A stretch of 63,430 bases of DNA, counting the filler, from Octopus bimaculoides (lineage: Eukaryota): assembly GCF_001194135.2 (NCBI RefSeq). It is 5 parts of 5 records of this genome, joined end to end, with 100 filler letters (N's around TTAATTAATTAA, not from the genome) between each part and the next. Parts side by side here need not be neighbours in the genome. Positions count along the whole stretch, not along the records: positions 32,351 to 60,206 come from NC_068982.1; 4 more parts are not named here. One strand, written 5' to 3'. Shown in pieces: positions 37,830 through 50,792 of the stretch. Every line of letters begins with the position of its first letter. The stretch's first letter is position 1. The notes beneath the pieces were generated by a model, which searched no databases, had not been told where the DNA came from, and saw only the letters and a list, made by a program, of their open reading frames with translations. A program made the position numbers and the translations under genes.

Positions 37830-40800
37830 ATATCACAGCTGCATCCTCATTACATGAGAAAAGCCATTGCCAAGAAGACAAACTGAAATGATTCATGATT
37901 GTTGCCATGTGATGCCCTTATATGACTTTTAAGCCCAGCCAAGCTTTTACACATTTTATTACATACGTTTATATGTGTGTTACTGTCTCCTTGTGCTGGC
38001 TGGCTGGCAAGAGAAACAGGTGCCACCATATGCACTCTCTTAACATGCCTTTTTAGACCTCCAACTGAGAGGCGCACCCTTCCACATTTTGCACATGTTC
38101 TGTTATGAATTTTAATAGCCACATCATTGTTTATCATGGGTCGATTTCTATGAGAATTTTGATGGCTCACCAGGCCTGCATGACTCAAACACCTCCGCCC
38201 ACAAACCACACACATAAAAAGCAACACTCTTACTTTCCACAGGTTCCCCCCTTCTAATCCCCTTCATAATTCTCTCATACTTCACTCTCTCCCTCTCAAA
38301 CCTTGAATAATCATTATGCACTATTTTCCTGCATCTATCAGTCTTGTGCCTCCCTCTCCAAATTACCAGCTGCAATTCCTGTCTGTATTAGAGCATTTTT
38401 AAGGCAATCCTTAAACCTTAGTTTAGGCTTATGTGCTGGTCTCCTGCCATCGTCCAGCTCACCATGCAATAGCTGCTTGGGCAGTCGCTTATCACTCATC
38501 CTTACCAAATGTCCCCCCACCACCTCAAACATCTTTGCAAAATTATTGACTCTGTACTTCTACTGCCACTCCTCTCAAGTACCTCCACATTACTAATGGC
38601 CATTTTCCAGTTTATCCTCAAACTCAGACAGTATTGATGAAATCGTTCCAATTGCCTTACCTGCCTATGGTAAACAACCCATGCCTCACTTCCCTATAGC
38701 AAAGATAGGAGGACACGTGTTATATACCTTAACTTTAATTTGTGAAGATATATTATGTTGTTTCCACAGACGCCTATCAAGCCTACCAAAAGCACTACTA
38801 GCCCTGCTGATTCTGTATGAAATTTCATCATCAGGTGAGGACATACGTAAGCTCGCAAGGAATGAAGCCAGTATGCTCCGTTGGATGTGTAATGTCAATG
38901 TGAATACCCGTCAGAGTGTAAGTATCTTGAGAGAAAAGCTGAACATTAGAAGCATCAGTTGTGGCGTGCAAGAGAGACGATTGCGCTGGTATGGACATGT
39001 GGTGAGAATGGAGGAGGATAGCTGCGTGAAAAAGTGCCACACCCTAACAGTTGAGGGAACCCGTGGAAGAGGTAGGCCCAGGNNNNNNNNNNNNNNNNNN
39101 NNNNNNNNNNNNNNNNNNNNNNNNNNNNNNNNNNNNNNNNNNNNNNNNNNNNNNNNNNNNNNNNNNNNNNNNNNNNNNNNNNNNNNNNNNNNNNNNNNNN
39201 NNNNNNNNNNNNNNNNNNNNNNNNNNNNNNNGCGTGGCCGTTTTCGTGCGGGTGACACGTAAAAGCACCCACTACACTCTCTGAGTGGTTGGTGTTAGGA
39301 AGGGCATCCAGCTGTAGAAACTCTGCCAAATCAGACTGGAGCCTGGTGTTGCCATCCGGTTTCACCAGTCCTCAGTCAAATCGTCCAACCCATGCTAGCA
39401 TGGAAAGCGGACGTTAAACGATGATGATGATGATGATGATGAAGACCAGCAGTGCTCAAGGTACTTCCTAAATAAATAAATCTGGGTACAGTCTCCAACC
39501 TTTGACCATTCACAGTTATAAAAGGTTCCACATAGATTGATTGTTAGACCCAATGCTGCAGAAATCGCATTCACCATGTGCTGCATATTTTTTCTGAGAA
39601 TGTGCCAACAGGTCACAATCATCTGCATACAGAAACTCAAAAAGGCAAGAATGCAGAACTTGCGTTTTGGCACAGAGTCTTTTGAGATTGAACAGTTTTC
39701 CTGTTGTCCTATATCTTATATAGACCCCTTCGGGACAATCTTTAAAAGCTATTTGAAAGACTATTGCAAAATATATAGCAAACAGTGTAGGAGCAGGAAT
39801 ATCACCTTGTTTTAAACCATTTTCTACAGAAATTGGATCTGATGAGGTACCTCCAACATTAACTCTCACTTCCATCTTGTCATGAAATTGTCTAAGCATT
39901 CTAACAAAGTTTTCAGGGCATCCTGGCTTTTTTAGGATCTCCCAAAGAGCAATTCTATTGATAGAATCAAATGCTTTTGTTAGGTCAATGAAAACCTGGT
40001 ATAAGTCCATATCCTGTTTGATGCACTTCTCTTGCAATTGTCTCGCTGAAAATATCATATCCATAGTACTCCTGCTATCCCTGAACCCACATTGCGATTC
40101 TGGTAGAACCCCATCAGCAATGTGCAGAAGCAATCTGTCTAGCATTACCCTTCAGAGGACCTTTCCAGCAACAGCTAACAGACAGATGCCACGATAATTA
40201 TCACAGACATCCTTTCCATCTTTAGATTTCTATAGTATCTCCATAGTTGCATCATGCCAATCCGGAGGAACCTCTTCACTTTGCCAAACCCTCTGAATCA
40301 CATCCATCAACATTGCACTAAGATGATCGCCACCATATTTATATATCTCTGCACCTAGTCCATCCATACCAGGGGCCTTTCCATTGTTCAATTTCCTGAT
40401 TGCTGTTTTTATTTCAGCCAGGTTTGGAACTTCTGATATAAGATGTTTTATTGGTCTCTCAGGTATATTATCAAGAAAAGAGAGATCAACTTCAGTGGGT
40501 CTATTGAGCAACTCATCAAAATGTTCTTTCCACCTCCCAACAATATCTTAGGATTTGTTAATAAATCTGTGCCATCCTTGCTCCAAAGTGGTGCAACCTT
40601 TGAGGAAACTAATCCATAAACTTTTTCCAAGAGAGAGTAAAAAAGTTTGGAATTGTTAGCATTTGAAGCTTCTTGGATTTCATTGCATCTATCACTCCAC
40701 CAATTTTCCTGCATCATACTCAGATTCCTCTGCACTGTTGCTTTTACTGCCTTGAAATATGTAGCTACTGTCCTGTTCATTGACATGTCAACATTTTGCA

Positions 40801-42310
40801 ATATGTTAAGTACCTTTTGCTTCTCTTCTAAGATAAGATTAACTTCATCATTACTGTCAAACCAATCTTGGTGTTTTTTTTACTACAAAGCCAAGAATGT
40901 TACTACAAATCTCATACACTCTTTCTTTGAATGACTTCCAGCTTCCATCACAGGACAAATTATTTATCTCACTCACAAACTCACTGTGTACTGACTGAAT
41001 CTTCAGTTTATTGACATCAATACATTTAGGTAATTTGTCATTATTTGATCTAACGTTAGGCTCAACAACAAAATTCACTTTGGCACACAAAAGCACTCTG
41101 CACCACGTATCACTCGTACAATAGCAAAGTCCCTAGTATCTTGTTTCCTGGTGAGGATGCCATTTCTTAGAACCAGGGTGCATCCATGTCGTTTTATACT
41201 TATTCTTTAGCTGAAACATTGTATTCATGACACACAAATCCATCTCTACGCACATTTGTAACAGTAGCAAACCATTACTGTTGGAACCTCCCAACTTCAT
41301 TGCTTTCCTACGACACCCCAAATCTCCCAATCTGCACCAACACAAGCATTAAAATCACCCAAACTGACAACTTTGTCATCATGGGGGATATTGCATATAA
41401 TCTCTGTAAGTGATAGATAGAAGGCAAGTTTATCATCCTCTGATGAATGCATAGTTGGAGCATATGACCTTATGAGTGTTGCATAGTGACCTTTTCTTAA
41501 TGGCAGTCTTAAAGACATTAAACAATCTGAATGACCACATGGTAGTTCCTCAAGTTTTGAAGCCAAAGTGGTTTTGATAGCAAATCCCACTCCTGATTCT
41601 CTCTTATAGGTCTCTTCTCTACCGCTCCAAAATAAATGGTACCCAGCAGATTTCTCTATGAAATTCCCCTTTCCATGAATTCTTGTTTCGGCTAACACTA
41701 CAACATCCATATCATATCACTGTAACTCTTTTGCAACAAGCGCAGATCTTCTATCTGGACAAGATTTCAGACAATTATTGTCTAATAACATTCGAACATT
41801 CCAACATCTTATATTCATAGGCTTGCATCTTAACTTGAATTTACTCACAGTTGCAGGATGACAACTGGATCCAGGTTGTGATGCACTGGGACACCTGCCG
41901 GGCCAGACCATAGAACAAAATGTTCCAGAGCCCTTTTTGCCATTTACTTCATTATCAATATGAACTTTCATTGTTTAGATGTGCCCTTTTAAGCTTCGGC
42001 CAAGATATCCATTTCTTTTTCTTCTCCAGCAATAACTGTGCTTGACACTTTTTGAAGTGAGGAAAAGTTTTGCACAGCAGCCATTCCCACTCTCTAATCT
42101 ACAAAGCATGATCCAAAAAGAAGAGCAAGTCGACATTTTTGGGTGCATTTGCAGTCACAGGTTTTATATCAGCGTGTCCTTCTCCCAGTCTTTGCCCAAC
42201 CAAAGGTTAACTACAAGACAGCAGTGAAGTATTTAAATTCAGAGTTACTTTCTCCTAGATACACTGCCTTCACCATGACTTGAGTAGCTCTATCCACCTC
42301 TCATCTATTT
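37830..42310 (-). mobile_element. near full-length RTE (BovB-like) LINE family A: APE endonuclease, RT and three C-terminal C2H2 fingers; inactivated
   Basis: ORF pieces: 41717-41971 (WNVR) and 41297-41710 (LAETR, SYAPT, LGDFN) form the APE. 40230-40511 and 39516-40145 (QCGFR, FIDLTKAFD, QGD, LYADD) form the RT. 38686-38898 and 38338-38532 form the thumb. 37850-38227 carries three C2H2 motifs. Multiple frameshifts. Confidence 0.92.
38836..39441 (+). mobile_element. 5'-truncated RTE family B copy nested antisense in RTE family A
   Basis: Close match to 44710-45599 (DIRKLARNEASMLRWM...ERRLRWYGHV) with a (GAT)n tail. The host ORF is collinear on both sides. Confidence 0.9.
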
Positions 42311-42379
42311 ATTTGAAAACAAAAACTAAAATAATACAAATTAAAAATTGAGATAAAACCTGAGTATATATATATATAT

Positions 42380-42712
42380 AGGTGCAGGTGTGACTGTGTG
42401 GTAAGAAATTTGATTCCAAAGCACATGGTCCTGGGTTCAGTCTCACTGTGTGGTAACTTGGCATGTGTCTTCTGCTATAGCCTCAGATCAACCAAAGCCT
42501 TGTGAGTGAATTTTGTAGACAGAAACTGAAAGAAATTCATCATATATATGTAAGTGTATGTGTGTGTCCTTGTATCTGTGTTTCTCCGTCATCACTGCTT
42601 GACAACTAGTGTTGGTTTATTTACATCCCCATAACTTACTGGTTTGACAAGAGACTGATAGAATAAGTACCAGCCTTATCACAATATAAAAAAAGCACTG
42701 GGGTCGATTCAT
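42380..42712 (+). mobile_element. SINE family A, 3'-truncated at the RTE-B junction
   Basis: Collinear with 56536-56840. Confidence 0.8.
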
Positions 42713-45599
42713 TGCAAATGGTCAGAGATTTAGAGACATACTACTTGAAGCATTTGACAAAATAGAAGGGGATATAGCATCATATGTGGAAGACAACTGG
42801 AGGTTTCTACGGGACAACCTGCTGAGAGCCACCGACCAGATCTGTGGCTGGCGTAACGTCCCCTCTCGACCCAAAGTAACGTGGTGGTGAAACAATGTGG
42901 TTGACAGGGCTATTAGACAAAAGAAACAGGCTTGGAAGGACTGGAAGAACGGAGGTAGCAGGGAATTGTATCAGACTGCTAGAAGGGAAGCTAGGAGACA
43001 GGTTTATTTAGCCAGAGGGGAAGCAGATAAGTAAAAGATTGCCAATGTTCTGCGCCGTGAGTATCAAAGACTTGAAGTATTTCGTGTTGCAAGACAGTGT
43101 GTGAGAGAGAATCGTGATGTCGTAGGAGAGAAATGTGTTCGCATGGATGATGGTATGCTTGCACTAAACGAGGCTGCAAAGAAAGAGGTTTGGAGACGCC
43201 ACTATGAAAGATTGCTCAATAAAGAGAATGAATGGCAGAAAGAGGGTCTGATGAATGTCGACCCAACAAAGGGACCAGCTATCCGAATTGACAGTACCAT
43301 AGTAGATAAAGCAATTAAGAGTATGAAGACAGGGAAAGCCCCCGGCCCATCAGGAATCACGGCAGAGATGCTCAAAATATCTGGTATTGTCGGCTATAGC
43401 CTAGTCACCCGTATTGTTAACCAGGTGATACGCAAAGGAGTCATACCCAATGACTGGTGTAGCAGCACCATAGTCAATTGTTACAAAGGTAAAGGAGATG
43501 CTTTAGATACAAATAATTAGAGGTATCAAGTTGTTAGATCAGGGAATGAAAGTCACGGAGAGGGTCATAGCCCAACTAATTAGGGAGCGAGTCAGTTTAG
43601 ATGAGATGCAGTTTGGGTTCGTGCCAGGGAAAAGCACCACTGATGCTATATTTCTGGTAGGACAGCTGCAGAAGAAATACCTAGCCAAGGATAAACCTCT
43701 GTACCTGGCTTTTGTTGACATGGAGAAAGCCTTTGACAGGGTCCTCCGATCCCTTATCTGGTGGTCAATGAGGAAACTAGGGATAGAAGAATGGTTAGTG
43801 AGAGCTGTGCGAGCCATGTACAGAGACGCTGTCGGTAAGGTGAGGGTTGGCAATGAGTACAGTGAAGAATTTTGGGTAGAGGTAGGGGTCCACCAAGGTT
43901 CTGTCCTCAGCCCCCTCCTATTTATCATAGTCCTCCAGGCGATAACGGAGGAATTCAANNNNNNNNNNNNNNNNNNNNNNNNNNNNNNNNNNNNNNNNNN
44001 NNNNNNNNNNNNNNNNNNNNNNNNNNNNNNNNNNNNNNNNNNNNNNNNNNNNNNNNNNNNNNNNNNNNNNNNNNNNNNNNNNNNNNNNNNNNNNNNNNNN
44101 NNNNNNNNNNNNNNNNNNNCATGCTGATGACCTTGCACTAATTGCGGAGTCACTATCCGAACTAGAAGAGAAGTTTCAGGTGTGGAAGCAAGGACTAGAA
44201 TTGAAGGGCCTTAGAGTCAACCTAGCTAAAACCAAAGTCCTAATAAGTAGGAAGGTAGACAAAACACAATCCCCTTCGGGTAAATGGCCCTGCTCGATCT
44301 ATAGAAAAGGTGTAGGTAGAAACTCTATAAGATGTACCCAGTGCAAGCTATGGACACATAAGAGGTGCAGCAATACCAAAGGCAGGTTAACTAGGAAGTT
44401 AGTTTTTGTATGTGACAGATGTTCAGGTGCAATAAACACTGAAATTGTGCAGAAAACAACTTCTGTCACATTCCAGGGAGAAAAACTGGACGTAGTTGAT
44501 AGCTTCCGATATCTGGGTGACCAAGTTAGTAGTGAGGGAGGGTGTGCTGAAAATGTATCTGCTAGAATAAGAATAGCCTGGGCAAAGTTCAGAGAGCTCT
44601 TACCTCTGCTGGCGACAAAGGGCCTCTCACTCAGAGTAAAAGGCAGACTGTATGACGCATGTGTACGAACAGCCATGCTACATGGCAGTGAAACATGGGC
44701 CGTGACTACTGAGGACATGCGTAAGCTCGCAAGGAATGAAGCCAGTATGCTCCGATGGATGAGTAATGTCAGTGTGCATACCCGACAGAGTGTAAGTATC
44801 TTGAGAGAAAAGTTGAACCTAAGAAGCATCAGTTGTGGTGTGCAAGAGAGACGATTGCGCTGGTATGGACATGTGGCAAGAATGGATGAGGATAGCTGTG
44901 TGAAAAAGTGCCACACCCTAGTGGTTGAGGGAACCTGTGGAAGAGGCAGGCCCATGAAGACCTGGGATGAGGTGGTGAAGCATGACCTCCGAACATTAGG
45001 CCTCACCGAGGCAATGACTTCTGACCAAGACCTTTGGAAATATGCTGTTTGTGAGAAGACCCGGCAAGCCATGTGAGACCAAAATCCAAGGCCTCTGCTG
45101 GGGATGTAGCCAGCCCACATACGCTTCTTTGGACACTAAACTCCGCTTGCGAAGACATGTTGGGGCAAGCGAAAGCAAAATCGTGATGGCACCTGTACCA
45201 GTAGATCACTAAGAGCACCGTCCGAGTGTGATCGTTGCCAGAGCACCAGCTGTCTGGCTTCCATACCGGGGACACGTAAATAGCACCATTTGAGCGTGAT
45301 CGTTACCAACGTCGCCCTCCTGGCACGTGAAAAGACATTCGAGCGAGTTTGTTGCCAGTACCGCTGGACTGGCTCCTGTGCAGGTAGCATGTAAAATACA
45401 CCATTTCGAGCGTGGCCGTTGCCAGTACCTCCTGAATGGCCTTCATGCCGGTGGCACGTAAAAGCACCCACTACACTCTTGGAGTGGTTGGCATTAGGAA
45501 GGGCATTCAGCTGTAGAAACTCTGCCAAATCAGATTGGAACCTGGTGTAGCCATCTGGTTCACCAGTCCTCAGTCAAATCATCCAACCCATGCTAGCAT
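42713..45599 (+). mobile_element. 5'-truncated RTE LINE family B (RT with PHD-like insertion) plus 3' UTR
   Basis: ORFs 43101-43520, 43531-44127 (QFGF, FVDMEKAFD, HQGSVLSP), ADD after the gap, and 44180-45076 (FRYLG, LHGSETW, RLRWYGHV). The UTR ends CCATGCTAGCAT. Confidence 0.92.
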
Positions 45600-47523
45600 T
45601 AGTATTAGGAAGTGCAAGATTTTATTTTTTGTGTTACAAGGTGTCCAATGAAAACCATCTTCCTTACCAAGTGGGGCTGCCAGTTTAGTTGCCAACAGCT
45701 TGAACACATGATAGGTTGCACTGGGCTACATGTTGCCAGTAGCCCAAAGAATGACCCAACATACATACAATACACACACACATGATGAACAAAACAAGAC
45801 GCTTTCCTTCAAAATCTTGCTACCAAGCAGAAGGCTGGTCAAATTACCTCTAAATTAAAAAGAGAAAGAGAACATATATACAAGCATGCATACACGTATA
45901 TATGCATACATATATACATGCATACATACACACACACACACGTACACATGCATAAATGCATACATACACACAATGTAAATAAGCATGAATGCATGCATAA
46001 ATACACACACACACACAAATACATACTGACTCTATATCTGAATATGTATGAACAGGCCTGGACAAGGTTTTGTTTGTAGTAAACACAAGCAGTTGGCCAT
46101 GAAGACTAAATGGCTCGTCTCTACACCACTGATGTTATCCAAGGGAAAGGGTACTGATACAATTTGGAACCAGTATAAGCATAGGTGCTGTTGTCAGAAT
46201 GCAAAGCGTCAACATCCAACACCCTAAAAGTTGTGCTAAACCATCCCATGGGTTGGTACATTTTATTTACTCTAAAAAGATAGAATTTGATTTCAGCAAG
46301 ATTTTAACAGTGGAACATATGTTACAAGGCACTCAGCCTATTCATATCTCTCTCCTTCTCACACACACACACACACACTCTCTCTCTCTCTCTCACACAC
46401 ACATAAAGCTAGATTGCTAAACTGCCAGAATTTGGAGATTTCCAGACTAAATAATAGACAGTATTTAGTTTCTCCAATATGAAATTCCAAAGTTTTGTAT
46501 TTTTTTTTCATTCCAGGCTCATATCTAATCAAGAGTGTGTATGTGTATATGCATGCACATATGTATACATACACTCACACATTTATATAAACTATGATGT
46601 GTGCATGCATCAGCTGCAAAGTGGTGCTATTGCTATGTAATGCATTTAGATAAAATACAAAAATATTATTTCACTTGTCTTTCTTTCTTTTAATGACTTC
46701 TTCTAACAAGTTTTGTGGTGTAAAGTACATTCCAGGAAAGTGTTCATCTATCAGAAACTAACTTTTAGTCAATCTTTCCCAGACTACAAGCATTCAAAAG
46801 CATTAAGCAAATGAAGGTTAAATCCTTCCACGAATAGGATGCTTAAATTGTTACATGCAGCTTTTCTAATGGAAACAATTAATCTCAACAATAAAAGATT
46901 CTAGACTGCAGTGTTGCTTCTGATACCTACAGTAGAGACCTGTGTTATCCACATTATCTTAGCAATTAACATCTTAACGATTAGGATGACGCACTGATCA
47001 TTAACTTTGTAACATTAACCTTAACTTTTAACATAATTAATTTCTTCATTTGTAAGTCTACGTTTTCCCAAGCAGAATGGCTATACTTTGTATACATGGC
47101 TAGAAATTTAATGGGAGAGATCAATCAAATATATCGATTCAGTACTTAAATGGTAGTTTATTTTATCGATCCCCGGAAGAATGAAAGGTAAAAGCTGACT
47201 TGGGCGAGATATGAACGAGAAACGAAAAAAGTTATACGAATACCGCAAAGCTATTTTGTCCGACGCGCTAACGATTCAGCCAAGTTACTAGAAATTGTTT
47301 CAAATTTAGGTACGAGACCAGTTACTTTGATGGGGAGGGGAGTTAGTTTAGATCATCGACAAGATTGGTAGTTTATGTTATTGACCTGGGAGGGGTGACA
47401 AGCAACGTTGACCTCGACGGGGTTTAAATTCCAGACGTAGAGAACCAGAACAAATACATGGTAATTTTTTCCGATGCTCTGACGATTCTGCCAGTCATAG
47501 AAGTAAATATAAGTTATCTACCT

Positions 47524-47968
47524 TGGGGACTAATGCAGATTCACATCTCACCTTGAAAAATGCATTTTCCTGAAAAAGTTTATTCTAATTCCTAGGTTTT
47601 ACATGTCGGAGATTACGAATATGCAAAAAAAAAAAAAATTAACCCCCCCCCCNNNNNNNNNNNNNNNNNNNNNNNNNNNNNNNNNNNNNNNNNNNNNNNN
47701 NNNNNNNNNNNNNNNNNNNNNNNNNNNNNNNNNNNNNNNNNNNNNNNNNNNNNNNNNNNNNNNNNNNNNNNNNNNNNNNNNNNNNNNNNNNNNNNNNNNN
47801 NNNNNNNNNNNNNNNNNNNNNNNNNNNNNNNNNNNNNNNNNNNNNNNNNNNNNNNNNNNNNNNNNNNNNNNNNNNNNNNNNNNNNNNNNNNNNNNNNNNN
47901 NNNNNNNNNNNNNNNNNNNNNNNNNNNNNNNNNNNNNGGGGGGGGGGGGTGAACCTGCATTAGCCCAC
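47524..47968. mobile_element. probable non-autonomous DNA transposon with TIR GGG(A)CTAATGCAG(A/G)TTC spanning a gap
   Basis: Inverted match at 47524 and 47950-47968. A related internal sequence lies at 53855-53940. Confidence 0.45.
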
Positions 47969-48485
47969 TACTTTGTTCGTTCAAGCCAGTCCCTATCAAA
48001 AACATCATCCCAGTTCAAAGCTGTTCATATTACATTAAAATCAACAAAAAGCAAAAATCCTAAATACCATTTATATTTTTCAAACCTTATTAACTTGTAA
48101 TTTATTGGTAGAAAATATATTTCTGCTTGTTGATAGAGTATAATATTACGACTAGGAGACTTATTCTAGATTAAAGAATTTGAATAATTACCTGAATAAT
48201 TTGCTATCGCATTATTTTTAGAAAAACACCAAATACATCTAGGCTAACTATTTATGTTTAATTGGAGGTCAACTCTTACTGAAAAGATCTTTCGCCAAAG
48301 AATTCCGCTCATCCCCATCTTACATTTTTATTCAGAATTATAGTTTTACCACTACGTTATTTAATGTGCCCATATTTTTAAAGACAGTAGAGTAGATTTA
48401 CCATTCTCTGAACAGTCAAAATCCAGGATACCTCCACTGACTGTCTCCGTGACCCCGCCCAACACACTTTTGTTCGTTGCCGTTA

Positions 48486-48798
48486 TTCTTTTATTCTTTT
48501 ACTTCTTTCAGTCATTAGACTGCGAATCATGCTAGGGCACCGCCTTGAAGAATTTTAGTCTAATGAATCGACTCCAGTACTTTTTTTTATTTTTTAAAGC
48601 CTGGTACTTATCCTATTGGGCTCTTTTGCCGAACCGCTAAGTTACGAGGACGTAAACACAGCAACACCGGTTGTCAATTGGTGGTAGGGGGTCAAACAGA
48701 CAACACACACACACACATATATATATATATACATACAACAGGCTTCTTTTCAGTTTCCGCCTATCAAATCCACTTTCAAAACTTTGGTCGGCCCGAGG
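48486..48798 (-). mobile_element. SINE family A
   Basis: Reverse complement of the 56630-56906 portion. Confidence 0.8.
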
Positions 48799-49179
48799 TG
48801 ATTATATATAGTGAGTAGGTGAACGCAAAAGCTTCGTTTAGATAACTCTCAGTGTAGTGAATAGAGATCTAAACTTCAACCTCTTCTTCCAGGGCCGGCA
48901 CCTCTGCAACGAAAGTCAGTTATAAGAATAATCCTTTTCAAATTGTTATGGGGGTAGATAAACACTGGTAGGCCTGGGACGTATATTTACATGGACCACA
49001 AAATATAGAATGAAGAAGAAAAAAATAATAAAATAATCGTTTAAGTAACTAAAGCTGAAATTCCAGACTTTTAGAGAATTTTTTTAATTCTTTCCGACGC
49101 AAATTTTGGCACCTGAATTTAGGACCTGTCCTGAAAAATAAGAAGGAAATTTAGATCTTATTTCTATATTTTTTAATTT

Positions 49180-49397
49180 TTTTTTATTGCCCACAAGGGA
49201 CTAAACATAGAGGGGACAAACAAAGGGATTAAGTCGATTACATCGACCCAGTTCGTAACTGGTACTTAAATTATCGACCCCGAAAGGATGAAAGGTTAAG
49301 TCAACCTCGGCGGAATTTGAACTCAGAACGTAACGGCAGGCGAAATACTGCTAAGCATTTCGCCTGGCGTGCTAACGATTCTGCCAGCTCGTCGCCT
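49180..49397 (-). mobile_element. full-length SINE family B
   Basis: tRNA-like head with B-box GAGTTCAAATTCC and an A-rich tail. Confidence 0.85.
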
Positions 49398-49568
49398 TTA
49401 GATCTTATTTCTAGCTAGTCGAACAACTATGTTAGAGGCGTCTTTCATTGGTTTGTAATAGTTGGCAGAAAAGTCAGGTTAGAGTTAGTTCCCTTAAACT
49501 AGAACTCTTTAAGAAGAGAATAATGTCTCTGTTGTAATTCTGTGTCTCTGGATTCTTGTTGAAGAATT

Positions 49569-50348
49569 ATGCCGAAAGTTACAGCAAATAGTCAAAAATC
49601 AGCTCCAATGCCGTCTTGCTCGTCCAAATCTAAGACCCCCACAGTTTCTCAGGTACATGAACAAAATTCGACTCAGAATGATTTAACAACCGAATCTGAA
49701 GATTTGGAACGCAAAGCAATCGAACTGGTACAATATTTATTGATTGCAGATCAGAAAAAGATTCCAGTTCGTAAAATTGATATTAATAACCATATACTAA
49801 AAGACCAAAAGAAATACTTTCCAGCAATTCTCAAGAAATCTCGGGATATGCTTCAATCAGTATTTGGGGCCAAGCTTATTGAATTCGACGATAAATTAAA
49901 AAAACGTTACATTTTAATTACAAGCAGAAGCGATATTAGGAGAAATATTAATTTGATTTCCAGCGAAGAGGAATCGGCTAAACTCGGGCTCCTTTTTAAT
50001 ATTCTGGCCATTATTTACATGAATGGTGGTGTGATATCCGATTCAGACCTGTGGAAAGCACTTCGGAAACTCGGTGTCGATCCAGATGTACATCATGAAG
50101 TATTTGGAGATGTGAAGAAGTTACTCACCGAGGAATTCGTTCGCCAATATTATTTGGAATATGTTCGTCAAAGCAACAGTGAACCGATTCAGTATGAATT
50201 TCACTGGGGATTCAGAGCTGAAAAAGAACTTCAGAAGAAGGATGTATTACTTTATGTAAGTAAGATATACAAGACCGAACCTTCTCAGTGGAAACTTCTC
50301 TGGAATAACTGTATGGAAGAAGAGGCAAACCAATCTTCAACATCATAA
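49569..50348 (+). CDS. NSMCE3: MAGE-domain protein, SMC5/6 subunit NSE3 (NSMCE3/MAGEG1/NDNL2 homolog), single coding exon, 259 aa
   Basis: Intact MAGE homology domain: ELVQYLL.ADQKKIPVRK.DI, FP.IL......L..VFG..L.E, GLL..IL..IYMNG..I.DS.LW..L.KLG, H..FGDVKKLLTEEFVRQ.YLEY, YEF.WG.RA..E. Confidence 0.93.
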   Translation: MPKVTANSQKSAPMPSCSSKSKTPTVSQVHEQNSTQNDLTTESEDLERKAIELVQYLLIADQKKIPVRKIDINNHILKDQKKYFPAILKKSRDMLQSVFGAKLIEFDDKLKKRYILITSRSDIRRNINLISSEEESAKLGLLFNILAIIYMNGGVISDSDLWKALRKLGVDPDVHHEVFGDVKKLLTEEFVRQYYLEYVRQSNSEPIQYEFHWGFRAEKELQKKDVLLYVSKIYKTEPSQWKLLWNNCMEEEANQSSTS

Positions 50349-50759
50349 TAGTAATACTCTCTCTCTCTCTCTCCCCACTTCACACATCTACGCAGGGTGT
50401 CTTGGTAGAGTTAAATGCCAGTTATTAAGTCAGTGCTTATTGTTATTCCAACTCGTTATGGTCTGAGTTCAAATCTCGCCGAGGCCAACTTTGTCTTTCA
50501 ACCCTCCGGGGTCAATAAAATAAAGTACTACTGAACTGCTTGGGATCGATAGGCCTAAATCAGAAACAGTTATGGTCTTAATACAACTTGAATGTAAGAA
50601 AGTCTAATAGCTTTGTAATTTTACATAGCTGTACGTGAATTAATCGAATTATTCAAGGTGTTCCTCTTCATTCACTTTTGTAATCGCTTAAGTATAATTA
50701 GGCGAAATTAAAGCAATTAAGACCGTTCAGTTACTAATTTTTGCCAAAATCGATTGGAA

Positions 50760-50792
<33 letters not shown>

